Positions 12,111 through 24,791 of a DNA stretch of 64,000 bases are shown here, in pieces (position 1 is the stretch's first letter; each line of letters begins with the position of its first letter). Source of the DNA: Octopus sinensis. Its lineage: Eukaryota. The position numbers and the translations under genes were made by a program. A model generated the notes under the pieces. It worked only from the letters and a program-made list of their open reading frames with translations. It had not been told where the DNA came from and ran no database searches. The stretch lies in assembly GCF_006345805.1 (NCBI RefSeq), contig NC_043012.1, positions 28,582,001 through 28,646,000 on the forward strand. Reading direction: 5' to 3'.

Positions 12111-13143
12111 CTGATCTAACACAATGAACAGAGTTAAAACAGTAATCACTCAGAGCAAGAGATACATATACCACACGTGACGGCAGAGCAAACGACACTG
12201 AGAGTTACCAAGAACGTAATACGTCAGCGCCATCTATTGCTAAACTAAATAATGAGCTTTCTCATAGTTTTTTTTATTGCTGTTGTTTCTTTAATTATGA
12301 ATTAAGATCGCTTTCATTTTAATCAAATTTTATAATACGGCCTATATCTAGCCGAAAGTATAGTTATAATTTCCCGCATGCGCGTAACTCCAAATCTTAA
12401 CGTGCTGGGACAATTCGGAATCAGCATCCTCGATAAAGTCTAAAACACCTGCTTTTATCCCAGTAGCAATATTTTTGTTGTCCAGTGTTATCTAAACCAA
12501 GAAGCGTCCCAACAAAGCTGCTGTCCAAAACTGAAACGAGGAAAGAATGAAAGAGTGGAATAAATTCGTGTGTGGGAGTTCGTGCGCGCGCGCGCGCGCG
12601 CGTGTGTGTTTGTGTGTGTGTGTGTGTTTGTGTGTGTGTGGTTGTGTGTTTGTGTAAGAAGAGAATCTAGTGAAGCCGGTGGCTGTTTATGTTGGCAAAA
12701 TTGCATTTATGGGTATAAAAGTAAAAATATGCTAGACAAGCCAATAGTTTCTCTGAATGAAATGGCATTCCATCGCAGGGATGCCCATATACTTCTGAGA
12801 GGACTGAAGCAACTTGAAAGGAAGCATTTTGTTTAAGAACAGTACATACAATACCAACGCAGCAGATATCAAACATAGCAGATATTAAAAAAAAAGAACC
12901 TAATTACAAATATAAGAAAAGGAAAAACATGTGAATTACTAAACCAATTTGTAAAGGCCTCGCTGAGAAAATTTGAAGGAAACAAGAGATGCATTCTCAA
13001 AGAGAAAACATCCAAATATCTCTCATCCGTCCCAGTTTAACTCTCCAGAAAACAGTTTCCACTCCCCTTTGATCTGGTTTTCAACTCTAAAAATTACTGT
13101 CACACACACACACACACACACATTGTATATGTATGTATATACA

Positions 13144-13191
<48 letters not shown>

Positions 13192-13261
13192 ATATATATA
13201 CATGCATATATATATATATGTATGTATATATAAACATATGTATATTTCTATATGTAGTTTA

Positions 13262-13674
13262 TTCTTTTATTCGTTATTCTTTTACTCTTTTACTTGTTTC
13301 ACTCATTTGACTGCGGCCATGCTGGAGCATCGCATAAAAGGATTTTTGTTGAAGAAATAGATCCCAGGTCTTATTATTTTTAAGCCTGCTACTTATTCTA
13401 GCGTACTCTTTTGCCGAACCGCTAAGTTATCGGGACGTAAACACACCAACACTGGTTGTCAAGCGCGGCGGGGTAGGGTGGGGGACAAACACAGACATAA
13501 AGACATGCCCAGATAAATATACACATATATATACAACGAGCTTCTTTTAGTTTCCGTCTACCAAATCCATTCACAAGGCTTTGGTCGGCCCGAGGCTATA
13601 GAAGAAGACACCTGCCCAAGGTACCACGTAGCAAGACTGAACACAGGACAATGTGACTGGGAAGCAAGCTTCTT
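13262..13674 (-). mobile_element. SINE A body (its head lies at 15065-15100, split off by the Tx1 insertion)
   Basis: Ends at GGGAAGCAAGCTTCTT. The remaining head ACTACAATGTCACGCTTATGCCT follows 15077. Confidence 0.8.
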
Positions 13675-15064
13675 TATTTCTTTCTTTTAAATTGCCATAA
13701 AGGCATTACACAGAAGGGGACACTACAACACTTGTGGGGAAATATAACAATTAAAAATATAAAAATAAGATATGATATAATGAATGACACATGAAAATGA
13801 ACATGAAAAACAAATTAAAATATGATAACATGAATGATATCTGAAAATGATATTATGAAGAGTGTGCTACTCACCCCACACAGAGTAACACCACTCGCCG
13901 CCTCTGGGGTCTAAGTCCTTTTTCTCCTTCAGTCCAATCCTCTTTCGCCTTACCCCATCACTTAGTGACATCATTCTCTCCGCCATGCATTCGTAACCTT
14001 TTTCACTTCTAAATTTTGTGGTATCTGTTCTTTCTTTTTTTCTTGTGGGGAAATAGTGTGGGTGGGTTTGGTGTCTGTATGGGGAGCGTGGGTCTAAGTG
14101 GTCTTGGGTGGGATGGAATGGACTGGGGTACCACATCCTCAGTGTTTTTTCTTTTCTTCTCTTTCTCCTTCTGCTCTCTGTAACTTTCCTTTCTTCCTCC
14201 TTTTCCTCCTTTCCTTTTGTCTTTTCTTCCTCTCTTCTCTTCCGTCGCCACAACTGTTTCCTCAGAGGGCAGTATGCTCTAATGTGGCCCTTTTGGCCAC
14301 ATTTAAAACAACGTAGTACTCTGCCCTCTACGTCACCGTCTCTGCCAAGTTCTCCAGTTGACCCTCCTCTGTCTGAATAATGAGTTCAAGTGTCTTTCCT
14401 TTCCACCCTCCTTCTGTTTCTGTGGCTTGGAGGACAGCCATCTTCTCCTCGCTTCCAACAAGGACAGCTGCCGCTACCCAAGCCACTTCTATATCCGGTG
14501 GAGTTGCTTCTACCCTCACCTTGGAAGTCTTTTTTCCCAGGTATGTGGGCAGAAGCACTACTGTTTTCACCGCCACACTCGCCAGCCTCCTCGCCTCCTC
14601 TACTGTCCTAAATAGGACGGCCATTCTCCCATATCTTCTTCCTTTGGTTATGTAATTTATCCCCTTTGTTCGTTCCCTCAGCGCCTTTTCCACTTCTGCC
14701 TCCACCTGTTCTGCCTTTTTCCTTTCAACGAGTACACTTTATTGGTGATCGTTTACTTCTCCATTCTCTCCATAATTCCTTTGGGGAGCGACAACTTCAC
14801 ATCGCCGCCCACCTTCTGAGCCATCTTCTCGTACTCCTTCAGACCAGTCAAGTCCAGATCCCTTTGCTTCGCCTCCGTCGCTTCAGCAAAACCCCTTGTC
14901 TTCATTATTCCGTCCATCTTTATGACTGCCCTTACCAGCTCCTCCTCTTCCTCTTCCGACGACAAGTCAGACCCGTCAAGGTCTGAGTGCATCTTGTAAG
15001 CAACAAAAAAACTACGTCAGACTCTTACAAAATCCAGACTGCAAATAGCACGACGCATACGCGA
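13675..15064 (-). mobile_element. ORF1-only Tx1/L1-like element (HAL1-like) with 13-bp TSD
   Basis: ORF1 pieces (RGRRYG-type RRM-like region, LLPTYLG, CFKCGQKGHIRAYC knuckle), ~190-bp 3' UTR and A-rich tail. TSD AAGCAAGCTTCTT at 13662-13674 and 15065-15077. No APE/RT sequence between the TSDs. Confidence 0.75.
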
Positions 15065-15097
15065 AAGCAAGCTTCTTACTACAATGTCACGCTTATG

Positions 15098-15138
<41 letters not shown>

Positions 15139-15299
15139 CATACTAAGTCTGCTTAGTACGGAGGGTGATTTTCTTTTGACATCGTGCTGGATGAAGAACA
15201 AAAGTTTTCAAAAGGTAGAGGAACTCAGAATATATAAAGGATGAGTTAAAATAATTAACTTTGTATTAGACAATGCGAACGTTTCGTTTGCAATTAAGG

Positions 15300-15790
15300 T
15301 ATTTAGATAAATTAGACATTACCATGGGGGCATTTGTAATCCTTTGTCGCCCGATTTATACATAGTGTTTTTAACGGAACTTTAATTTCTTAGGGTTTTA
15401 TGGTAAAGTAAGAAAATAGGACTAGTTAGGCAACTTAGGGGTTGTTTCAGATGTTCAGATGATAATTTCGTTCCGAATTATAGTTTCTTTGAATGATTAT
15501 TATCTGAAATTTACCTTAGGGATTTGAATGCTAGCAGGAGTTTTAAGGATATTTCGGGTCAAATTTGTAACATATTTATCGTTACGAATATGTACAATAT
15601 GACTAGCCAATTTGAGTTTCAAGTATCGATGAAACCTTATGCTAATAGTTGCACGCTAAATAGGAAAGATGCAATGTGTTTGCAGCACGAATTGTAAAAT
15701 TTTCAAAAGTAACTCATAAAAATGAACTATTGCTTAAAGAGTATCTTATTAGATGTCCTGTTAAGCAAGGTTTTAATTAGGCAATTTAAT
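15300..15790 (+). mobile_element. Highly decayed PLE GIY-YIG relic
   Basis: Fragments KPYANS...MCLQHEL...RCP resemble the endonuclease C-terminus of the 24-kb and 53-kb copies. Many stops. Confidence 0.3.
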
Positions 15791-16204
15791 TATAGTGTCG
15801 ATTTACACAATGACATTTTCAGTTCGGGATTATACCAAGCTTGTAATTGGGTTGTGAACTGGAAGCTTAGAAAGATATTCTTAATATTTTAACCATAGCA
15901 CATTGATGCATTGATTTGAATGTTTGTTTGAATTTTTTGGATAGCATCACTCAACCGGTTAGTATTGCCTTTTTCTTTCTTATTGCATAACAATGCTCAC
16001 TCTCGTTTTGTGCCTAATTTTGCCTCTGTGAGTTCCGGTCAGCCGTAGAATTCTTTCTTTCTAAATAGCCGGGGCCTGGATACAATGGCTTCTTTAGTAT
16101 TGTCCATAATGCATGCCGAGAGTCTAGCCGTTCTTTGAATGTTATTGTTATATAAATTTACTAGCAGAGATACTCGCTGTTGCTCAGGATTAAAATGGCA
16201 TAGT

Positions 16205-16320
16205 CTTTTTGTTTTACTTGTTTCATTTATGTAACTACGGCCATGCTGGAGCACCGCCTTTAGTCGAAGAAATCGACCTCAGGATTTATTCGTTGTAAGC
16301 CTAGTACTTGATCTATCGAT
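16205..16320 (-). mobile_element. SINE A 3' fragment
   Basis: CGGCCATGCTGGAGCACCGCCTTTAGTCG...TAGTACTT. Confidence 0.75.
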
Positions 16321-16789
16321 GTGTGTGTGTGTTTTGCAACTATGTACCATGTTTGTATGTATGGATGTGCATCTCCATATGTGTGGACACGTGTCTCCAT
16401 ATGTGTCCTTGTGTGAAGTAAAGTGTGTGTGTATATATGGTCATGTGCTTCAGTCTCGATTTGCGTGTGTCTGCTTGTCTGTTTATATAACCTATGTACC
16501 TATCCGTCTGTATGTTGATCTGTTTATTTTCCTATCCATATGCTTACATACATGTTCATATACACATATTATTCCGACACATACACACACACACATACAT
16601 ACATCTATCTACCTAACAGCCCACTAACTATTCTACTCCACCTGTGTAAACTGTGGGTATGGGAGGTATGATATCTACTATGTATATTTCCTATTTAGTA
16701 TCGGGGAAGTTTCATGTGACTTGGGTCAACTTGACATCCGCATCTCATCCAAGCACTCAAAAACCCAACACTCAGACAAATACGGGTGT

Positions 16790-17140
16790 ACGTCCTTATA
16801 AACGAAACTTTGTAAGCGAAGGACTGGAAATGGATTTGGAGGAGGAGGATTTCACAGATTTGTTTGAGAAAGACAAGCAGCCCCTGACGAACAAGAATTT
16901 GATAGAGCTTCACGAACAGCAAAATAAAGAAGTGGAAGTTGAACCTGAGCCACGTCACTTTACCATTAAGAAAATGCAGCAAGCATTTGCATATATCCCA
17001 AAAGGTCTTTCTATGTTCGAGGATATGGATCCAAATGTTCAACGCTTTTCCAAGATTACGGGAGTTTGTCACAAACTTTTATAAAAAGCCGCTAGAAAGC
17101 CGATTATAGCAGCGACTCCATCTAAGCAGATCTGAAGAAG
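16790..17140 (+). mobile_element. Tigger/pogo transposase C-terminal fragment
   Basis: DLEEEDFTDLFE..QPLTNKNLIEL...FTIKKMQQAF...FEDMDPNVQRFSKI. Confidence 0.7.
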
Positions 17141-17499
17141 GAATATTATTCCGAAATATCATATCAGACTATGGATGACTAAATTACAACAGGTATATAG
17201 CCCATTGTCTGTATTATAGTGCATTGTTGTACCATTCAAATCTTTTTATTTTTTACAAACAATACACAATGCTTCAAGAGAACTACAATACTCGCCAATA
17301 ATTACTGAATTTGTTTTTAAGCTTAAAAAAGGCTTTCGTTTTATCATGTCTTATTGCAAACCGCATTCATATATAAAGCGTCCGCGATGTACGGTAAACA
17401 TCGCCAAACTGTATTCGTAAATTGAGATTATATTTTTTTTTACTACACTGCATCAATAAATAAAAATGATTTGTTTATAGGTAATAAAAAACACAACGA

Positions 17500-18335
17500 A
17501 CCGTTCGCGTCGAACCTACTGTGATTTTCAGTGTAAATTTTTGTAAGAAAGTGAGAGTTGTTGTTACTATTACTGTTGATTTGACTGTTGAAGCGTCTCG
17601 CGCGTGTTGCTGTTACTTGCTGCTGTTGTTTTGATAATTTTTTTAATCCCCATTGGGGGTGAAGAAAGGCGTAGCATTATGGAAAGCTACGTGAAAACTG
17701 CTGCAACAAAGGCAGCTACACAGTTGGAAGCCAGGAGGGTACATATTGATAAAGAGGAAACATCGAATGGTTTTTGTTTGGTGAAGAAGGAGGAAGGCGC
17801 AATGAAGCTGGTCCCCACTCAAGAGTCTATCGGAGATAAAAGCGAGAAAACGTTGGTGTGCCGTACGCAAGCGGTTACCATAAATAAAATTGAGAAATTG
17901 TCGGAGGAAGACGTGGAGGAGTGCCTAGGAAATATTATGCAAAAGGCGACATTCGTAAGCAGAGGAAGGAGGTATGGCACAGTGGAGGTAAAGTTTGCAA
18001 CCAAAGAAGAGACGGTCTCACACCCCACCGCTGTCCTGAGATCGGAAATGGTAGTACTGTTACCTACATATAAGGGAAGGCGCTACGTCAGGGTTAGGAT
18101 AGCTAGGGTGCCGCCTGAAATTAAGACGGAGTGGTTGGTAGCGGCCATCCTAGCGACCACCGAAGATAAGCCAGGGCTCAGAGAGGTTGGAAGAACGGAT
18201 ATGTTGAATTGATGAGGAAGCAGAGTAGAGATGTGGCTCTTCACCACATTTGAAGATATTGAGAGGCTTCCCTACCAAGTAGTGTTTGAAGGGGAAAATT
18301 TCCTGAATGTAATAGTAGAGGATTGCAGGAGTGAA
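17500..18335 (+). mobile_element. Tx1/L1-like ORF1 fragment, homologous to 13675-15064
   Basis: ORF 17604-18212: FVSRGRRYGTVEVKF...VVLLPTYKGRRYVRVRIARVPPEI. Confidence 0.7.
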
Positions 18336-18339
18336 CACG

Positions 18340-20200
18340 CCTGTTGACAGACAGGACCAGATGGACTGACATAACGTAATGTATCTAAATTGTCTACCAT
18401 TATTTTGTGAATACTTACGAACATACACACTGTCCAGGAACAGACAACAATTGTGCAGTTGTCTGCACCGGGAGTTTTCTTAGATGGATACGAATTAAAC
18501 AAAAGGGACTTAATGTATCTATCTACATTTTCCCTCTACTTTCATTTTAACTTTCGTGTCATGTGGTACTTTTCTCACTTTCAGGTTAGTTCACCTTTGT
18601 GTGTAGCATCGATGAACACCGAACACTGGAAATTGTTTTTTGTCATACCGGGAATGTTATCCAGTTTTTTTTCAACTCTGTTCGAGAATTTAGTCCGGAA
18701 TGTGAGTTACACTCCATTAATATCAATGCTGATGATGTTTTCAAACTTTTGTTTGGCTCTCTTGTATACTCTGATTCGATCTGGCTGATTGTATCCATGT
18801 TTTTTGAGTTTATGTGGTGGTCATATATAAGATGTTTCTCATCAGCCTTACTAGGTCTACTGCTAGGATTCATTTTTGCGTTTGTTGATATAGCAGGGAT
18901 CCGAAGGATCGGGTGCTTTATAGAATGTAAGTGGAGTATATATTTCTTGCCGTGTATAATTTCTAGCCATGGTTATGTATCTAGAACTGGTAGTCTTTTG
19001 TTGGGTAATCAATGATAATTTTTATGCTTTATAGATGGATTTGCTATCTTCTGGAACTTTTTTAGAGTATGCTTTTTCTATTTCCTTGTGGAGTGGTTTT
19101 AATCACAATGTTTCTGCCATCTACATAAGAATACATCCTGAAAGGAATGGGTTTCTCTATTAGGTTTTGTTTGAATTGTTTATTCCACCATACCATGAAG
19201 TGAATGGTCACATCTCCAGCAACGCCAACGCCAATTGTTGCAAATTTGTCTTATTAAATTCAAACATATGTCCTTTTAGTGTTGTTTTTGTAATAGCCCT
19301 AATCACATGTGCTGTCATTTCTTATCTGGCCATAGTTTCTTGAAATTTGGATGGGTTTATTTCATCCTTCCCAACGTTCAATGGAGGTCTTATTTGTTGC
19401 AAAAGTAATGCTAAGTGGTTCACCTTCCTCTATTCTGGTTGGACAAAAGCTTTTCAGCTCATTTCTGTTTAGATACTCACTATCGTACGTGAAGAAGAGT
19501 CCTAGGGTTCATGAGAGTGGTTGTAGTCATCGATTCTACTGAGATCTTCAATGCTATCCCATACATTTGAAGATATTTGAAGGATCAAGTTACTGAAGGT
19601 GTTAGATTCGGCAGACTAGTCAGGTTGGTGATCCAGTAAGTAGACTTAGGAAGGATTTGTGTCTTTCTTAAGTCCAGGTACGTTGGTGTTTATGACCTAA
19701 AAGTTGTAAAGTTGTTTGCAATGCTTTGTCGGAGTTCAAGGATGTTGAATCACATAACATTATATGTTTGGTCATATGGTTTCTTACCATATGATTTATT
19801 CGAAGGATTATACAAGTTCTGAGGGGCATTTGTATTACTGTCCTCAGGGTTTGTAGTCAGGTTAGAATAAAAGTTGTTACTCCTACATGTATTCCAAAGG
19901 GAGTTATACTCGTTGTGGCTAATATTCTTTAATTTCTATCTAATTTCTGTAAAATATTTTTCTATTTCAGATAGACATTTTTTGTATAAGTCATTCTTTG
20001 GTGGTAACGTTTTAACCAGATGTTTTCTCCTTATCCAGTTGCATAGCACTGTAAACTTTGATAGATTTTTGTGTTAGCATTTTAAGCTTGCGTTTATGCA
20101 TTAAAATAATTAGTGAACAGTCAGCTATAATACTTTCACCAGTGGTGTTAGGGTATTCTCACTTCTCACTGGCAGAGTGGTGTTGTCGGTGCTTCATCCA
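18340..20200 (-). mobile_element. Decayed Naiad-like Penelope element (RT, thumb, linker, partial EN)
   Basis: Across frames: ATIGVGVAGDVTIHFMVWWNKQF...YVD; LPVLD..W.E; ILAVDLVRLMRN; KKHGY..DRIRVYKRAK; SVFIDATHKGEL. Confidence 0.6.
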
Positions 20201-20260
20201 TTTTAGTTAGTTGTAGAAGTGTCGGTTTCAACTGTTGTTTATGTGTCGGTATTCTCATGA

Positions 20261-20715
20261 GGGCGACGAGCTGGCAGAAACGTTAGAACGCCGGGCGAAA
20301 TGCTTAGCAGTATTTCGTTTGTCTCTACGTTCTGAGTTCAAATTCCGCTGAGGTCAACTTTGATTTTCATCCTTTCGGGGTTGATTAAACAAGTACCAGT
20401 TACGCACTGGTACTTAATATATAATCGACTTAATCCGTTTGTCTGTCCTTGTTTGTCCTCTCTGTGTTTAGCCCCTTGTGGGTAGTAAAGAAACAGGTAT
20501 TTCGACTGCCGCTACGTTCTGAGTTCAAATTCCGCCGAGGTCGACTTTGCCTTTCATCCTTTCGGGGTCGATTAAATAAGTACCAGTTACGCACTTGGGT
20601 CGATATAATCGACTTAATCCGTTTGTCTGTCCTTGTTCGTCCCCTCTGTCTTTAGCCCCTTGTGGGTAGCAAAGAAATAGGTATTTCTTCCAGTTTTACG
20701 TTCTAAGTTCAAATG
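20261..20715 (+). mobile_element. tRNA-derived SINE family B, two tandem copies plus a stub
   Basis: GGCGACGAGCTGGCAGAAACGTTAG...GTTCTGAGTTCAAATTCC (A/B-box-like), repeated from ~20499. Confidence 0.85.
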
Positions 20716-20735
20716 CCGCCGAAGTATCTATCTAT

Positions 20736-21029
20736 ATAAATGAACTTTAGATTAGTTAAAACATGTTTTTGACATATTTCAACTTATAAAAGAAAATTCA
20801 CTGCAGTTACCGTGGAGAGAAATATTCTCGGTCATCTTAAAACAGTCGATATCAGTGACTGAGTTGCGCTCGCAGACCATCTACATGGAACGAAAACAAT
20901 GATATCAGCGCTAAGAAGTGACGAGGAATAAACGAACTTTAGGTTATTTAAAATATGTTTGTGACATATTTCTTCTGATCAGGCGGTCCACGGGCGCATC
21001 TCAGTCACTGATATCAACTGTTTTAAGAT
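20736..21029. repeat. 192-bp direct repeat followed by a 45-bp inverted copy
   Basis: ATAAA(T/C)GAACTTTAG at 20736 and 20928. 20834-20878 is mirrored by 20985-21029. Confidence 0.7.
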
Positions 21030-22270
21030 AAAGCTACGTCTTTAGAATCTGCTCCAGTTATCTTTCTTCGGTATCTCCTGTTGAGGAAGGCTAAAAACCA
21101 AAAATGTGTCTGGGAATCCGCCAAGGGGAGATACTGAGCAGATATAATGCTTTTAAACTTTTTACTACAAAAGGGAATTTTTTCTTTTCAATAACAGCAG
21201 TTGAAATACATCACAAACCTATTTTAACTAATCTAAAATTCGTTTATTGCTCATTATTGCTTAGCGCTGATACCATTGTCTGTCTGTCTGTATCTATACA
21301 CGCGCGCATGCACACACACATACACACATGCAAGAATTGTATTGATAAAAAAAAATCTAAGTCCGATGATGGTTTAGCAAGTCGAGACTTCGAAGTCCCT
21401 GTCTATGGTATTCTTGCTACAAAATAATAAAAAGTATGAGTAATCTTTCAGTTGAAAGCAAAATTGTCCTTTATTATAACTTAACATGAAAAACAAACAT
21501 TAAGGTATATGAACGTACAGATATACATACATGTGTACATGTGTGTATGTGTATGCGTGTTTCTATATATATATACTTGAGCAAATATATACAAAACATG
21601 GCGGGATCGATAGATCTTGCTTTCATTCTTTCCAAATCGTTTTGATTTCAAGACAAATGAAGTAGTCAGAATAAAAGAAATGAAGAGAAATAGAAAAGAT
21701 AAACAACGAATGAATGAATAACAGAAGAAAGAACATGAAGAAGAGGAGAAAAGAAAGAGATGAATTATGTAAAAGTCTTATTCCTATCAAACACTGTCAA
21801 AAATAATTGAAATACTCTTCCCTCTTCCTCACTACATCCTTCTTGTATCATCCATGGTCCATATTTGGAAGGCTCTCTAACCTAACTTCACATCACAACC
21901 ATCCATCTTCATCACTGATACCCCCATCCCCATCTTTCTCTATCGCTACTACATCAGTGCCGCCTTCACGTCACGTCTCACAAGTCTGCTTCCGTTGTTG
22001 CAACGTAAACTCCTTCGCAAATTCCTTTTGATCATTTGGATTAATCAGGCAGAATCTGATACTTTGTCAGGGATGATGATAGTAAAGATTATAGTGCTGC
22101 TGATGATGGCGATAATGATAATGATGATGATCGTGTAGGTAGTGGTGATGAGGAAGAGGAAGAAGGAAGATAAGAAAGAAAAGTAATAATGATGCGTATA
22201 ATTTGGATGGTGACGATTATGACTATGAGGACTAAAAGCAATATAGATATTGAGAGGAGGAAATAAAGAG

Positions 22271-22323
<53 letters not shown>

Positions 22324-23337
22324 GGGAGAAGTAGAGAAAAAGGATGATGATTATGATGCTGGTGATTATGCGTAAGAATAAGACAAAGCGAGAGAGAGAG
22401 AGAGAGAGAGAGGCGCTGATATTTGGGACAGAAAATGTTAACGATAACAACGATGGAGGCAATGATAACGAAAATAAAATGAGTGATGATAGATAAATGA
22501 AGATAAACAAACGAATGGTTTGAGTAAGTTCAAATAACTTACACAAAGAAGAAAAGGAAAAGCTGATGCTGTGTGTGATGATGACAGTGGTGGAGATACT
22601 TTGCGTGCGTCGAAAGAACTTGTGTTGTGCCTCTCGGCAAGCAACCAACTATGCTCGCTCTCCAAGTGATACATTCGTGGCAGAAAGTTTGCCATCTTCT
22701 GCCCAGTTGTTGCCCTATGCATTTGCAATAACTTTGATATATCTTTACCGCTTATTCTTCATCGTTGTTCATTTGCCTTGTGGTAGAACAGGAGATCCTT
22801 GAAACACGAGTGTGGTCCATACGTAATACATATGAATGGATCTAGCATACACACATACTAAACTCTATTTGTCACCCAGTCGAACCACTTGGACTTTGGA
22901 TAACTTTAATGCAGGTCACTTTACTCCAAATATTTCCTTCGTTCTATCTTCCTATCAGTCTTGGAGTAAGTAAGCAGCCATCAGCACTATTTTCATCCCT
23001 AAGTAAGCTGTATTTTTTAAATAAATGTATAATTAGTCTCACTATTAAAATATAAAATGTGGCCGGTACCTAGATGTTTCCTCAGCTAAAATGCTGAGCA
23101 TCCACTAGTTTTGGATCTAGCAATACTCCTCCCGATCAATATTTCACTTTCCAACTGTATACATACATACATACATACATACATACATACATACATACAT
23201 ACATACATACATACATACATACAGGCATGAGTATTTTAGTTTCCTTTTAGGTTTTATATATATATATATATATATTAACACATTATTGGTGAATTGAAGA
23301 AATGGAGCTGAACGCAGATTGAACAGAAATCGTTTTA

Positions 23338-23426
23338 TTTCATTCTACACGTGTTTCGAAAGGCACAAATTACCAAAATCCGATTGAATAATGGGACCAT
23401 ATTGTGTCTTTCTCTTCAGGAAGAAA
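23338..23426 (-). ncRNA. Type I hammerhead ribozyme in the 3' UTR of the endonuclease ORF
   Basis: TTTCTTC-CTGAAGA-GAAAGACACAA...TTGTGCCTTTC-GAAA-C(ACGT)G-TA^GAATGAAA. Confidence 0.8.
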
Positions 23427-24032
23427 AAAGGAAATCCGTTGGAAAAACAAAAACAGAACAGAGGCGGAGAAAAAAACAAATCGAACTGTGCTCCTAAGAG
23501 CCCATGGCGCGAAACTGTTTATCAGTGTATGTTGAGAACCGGTGGCTGAAGAATTCAACGGGTCAGGCATCGGTCAATCATGTGGGTGAGGGTGTATAGA
23601 TGTTCTTTGTGACCGAGAATAAAGTTCTGACTATTTAAAGAATATTGGATGTTTTATAAGTGGCGAGAAAAAATCTACTTAGAGACGTGTGTGTGTGTAT
23701 ACTGTTCTATATATGTGTGTGTTGGCGTAGGGGTAGAAAACATTTTTTGTGTACGTGTGTGCGTTTGATCGTTCGGCTGTCAGTGGCTACTGCTGTGATA
23801 ACCGTTTGGTGGCAGAAAGAAAAAAATAAAAAAATTATATATATATTATGTTTTATGTGTGTGTGTGTTCATCTAAGCCTACCTTGTCAAGGAAACCCCC
23901 CCGCTGTGAAAAAACCAAGCCCCGTTTGTCTTACAGGAGTAATTCCCCTTGCAGTGGTCAATCGTAGATATCTTAAAGGCTATTTCAGAATTTGTTACCA
24001 AGGGCTATGGGTGCCGGTATTATTTATAAACG

Positions 24033-24791
24033 CTATTTAAAGGCCAGATAAGTGTAACGCCGCCAATGGGGGCATCGAAAAGCCGACTGTAAGAGCCCGT
24101 TTACCATCCGGCCTCTGGCAAACAAAATATGGAAGAGTTCGGAGACACAAAGGTTGCACTGTCTTCTGCCCCTATCAAATGGGAGGGCCACCGACAAAAT
24201 TGACCATTCCAGCCTATAGCTTAAGTTCGCATCCTTCAGTCGCCATATTAGCTTACTGAGTCCCGTGGTCTGGCGCTTGTTCACGTCCCGAAAAGTTGCG
24301 TAATGGTTGGAGACACGCAAAGACAATCTTGAGGATGATGCCCCTACATAAGTGAAGGCATCTGAGTCCGTGTAAACCTTGCATTGGTAGACGGCGTTTT
24401 TGATCTTGGAGTTCGCCGACGTGAATCTTAATCTGCTAGGATTGGTTTCTGAAATTAGAACTGCGTTCCTGACACTATATTCGTTCCGAGACCTGCAGCC
24501 GCTTACTACTCTATTTTCCACTACGTCACTATTAACTATAGGAATAACCCCTGATTCTCCACTATCTATCAGAGTGCTGTCATTGCTACTGCCCGTGGTA
24601 CTGCTATTGCGGGAAATGATGCTGGGGATGCTAATGGGGCTCTCTACCCTACTCCCATTGTTACCGTCAACCACAACACCCCTATTTATAACTATACCCC
24701 TAGTGGGTACTCCCTGGCTGGAGCTGAGATTATGTGTCACTGTACTGGCTCTCATATCATTATTACTACTATAATTATTCCTACTGAGCAT
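24033..24791 (-). CDS. GIY-YIG endonuclease (PLE type) with Ser/Asn-rich N-terminus, 252 aa from the first ATG, no RT
   Basis: NAVYQCKV...YVGASS.RLSLRVSNH...GLSKLIWRLK...CNLCVSE...VNG...CPH, uninterrupted. The frame stays open upstream to 25130 through the right arm. Confidence 0.7.
   Translation of the reverse strand: MLSRNNYSSNNDMRASTVTHNLSSSQGVPTRGIVINRGVVVDGNNGSRVESPISIPSIISRNSSTTGSSNDSTLIDSGESGVIPIVNSDVVENRVVSGCRSRNEYSVRNAVLISETNPSRLRFTSANSKIKNAVYQCKVYTDSDAFTYVGASSSRLSLRVSNHYATFRDVNKRQTTGLSKLIWRLKDANLSYRLEWSILSVALPFDRGRRQCNLCVSELFHILFARGRMVNGLLQSAFRCPHWRRYTYLAFK

Noticed and set aside
12190-12235. Possible hammerhead relic downstream of the Neptune-like element (CTGAGAG...GAACGTAATACGTC)
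   Set aside because: Core, GAAA and stem I are all defective; not counted.
22780-22970. Possible small host exons (CAG acceptor at 22878, GTAAGT donor near 22967)
   Set aside because: Two frames are open, there is no recognisable product and the implied intron is only ~50 nt; needs RNA-seq.
23660-24040. 126-aa plus-strand ORF in the left arm and 124-aa antisense ORF 24400-24774
   Set aside because: Antisense readings of the repeat arm and of the endonuclease ORF.
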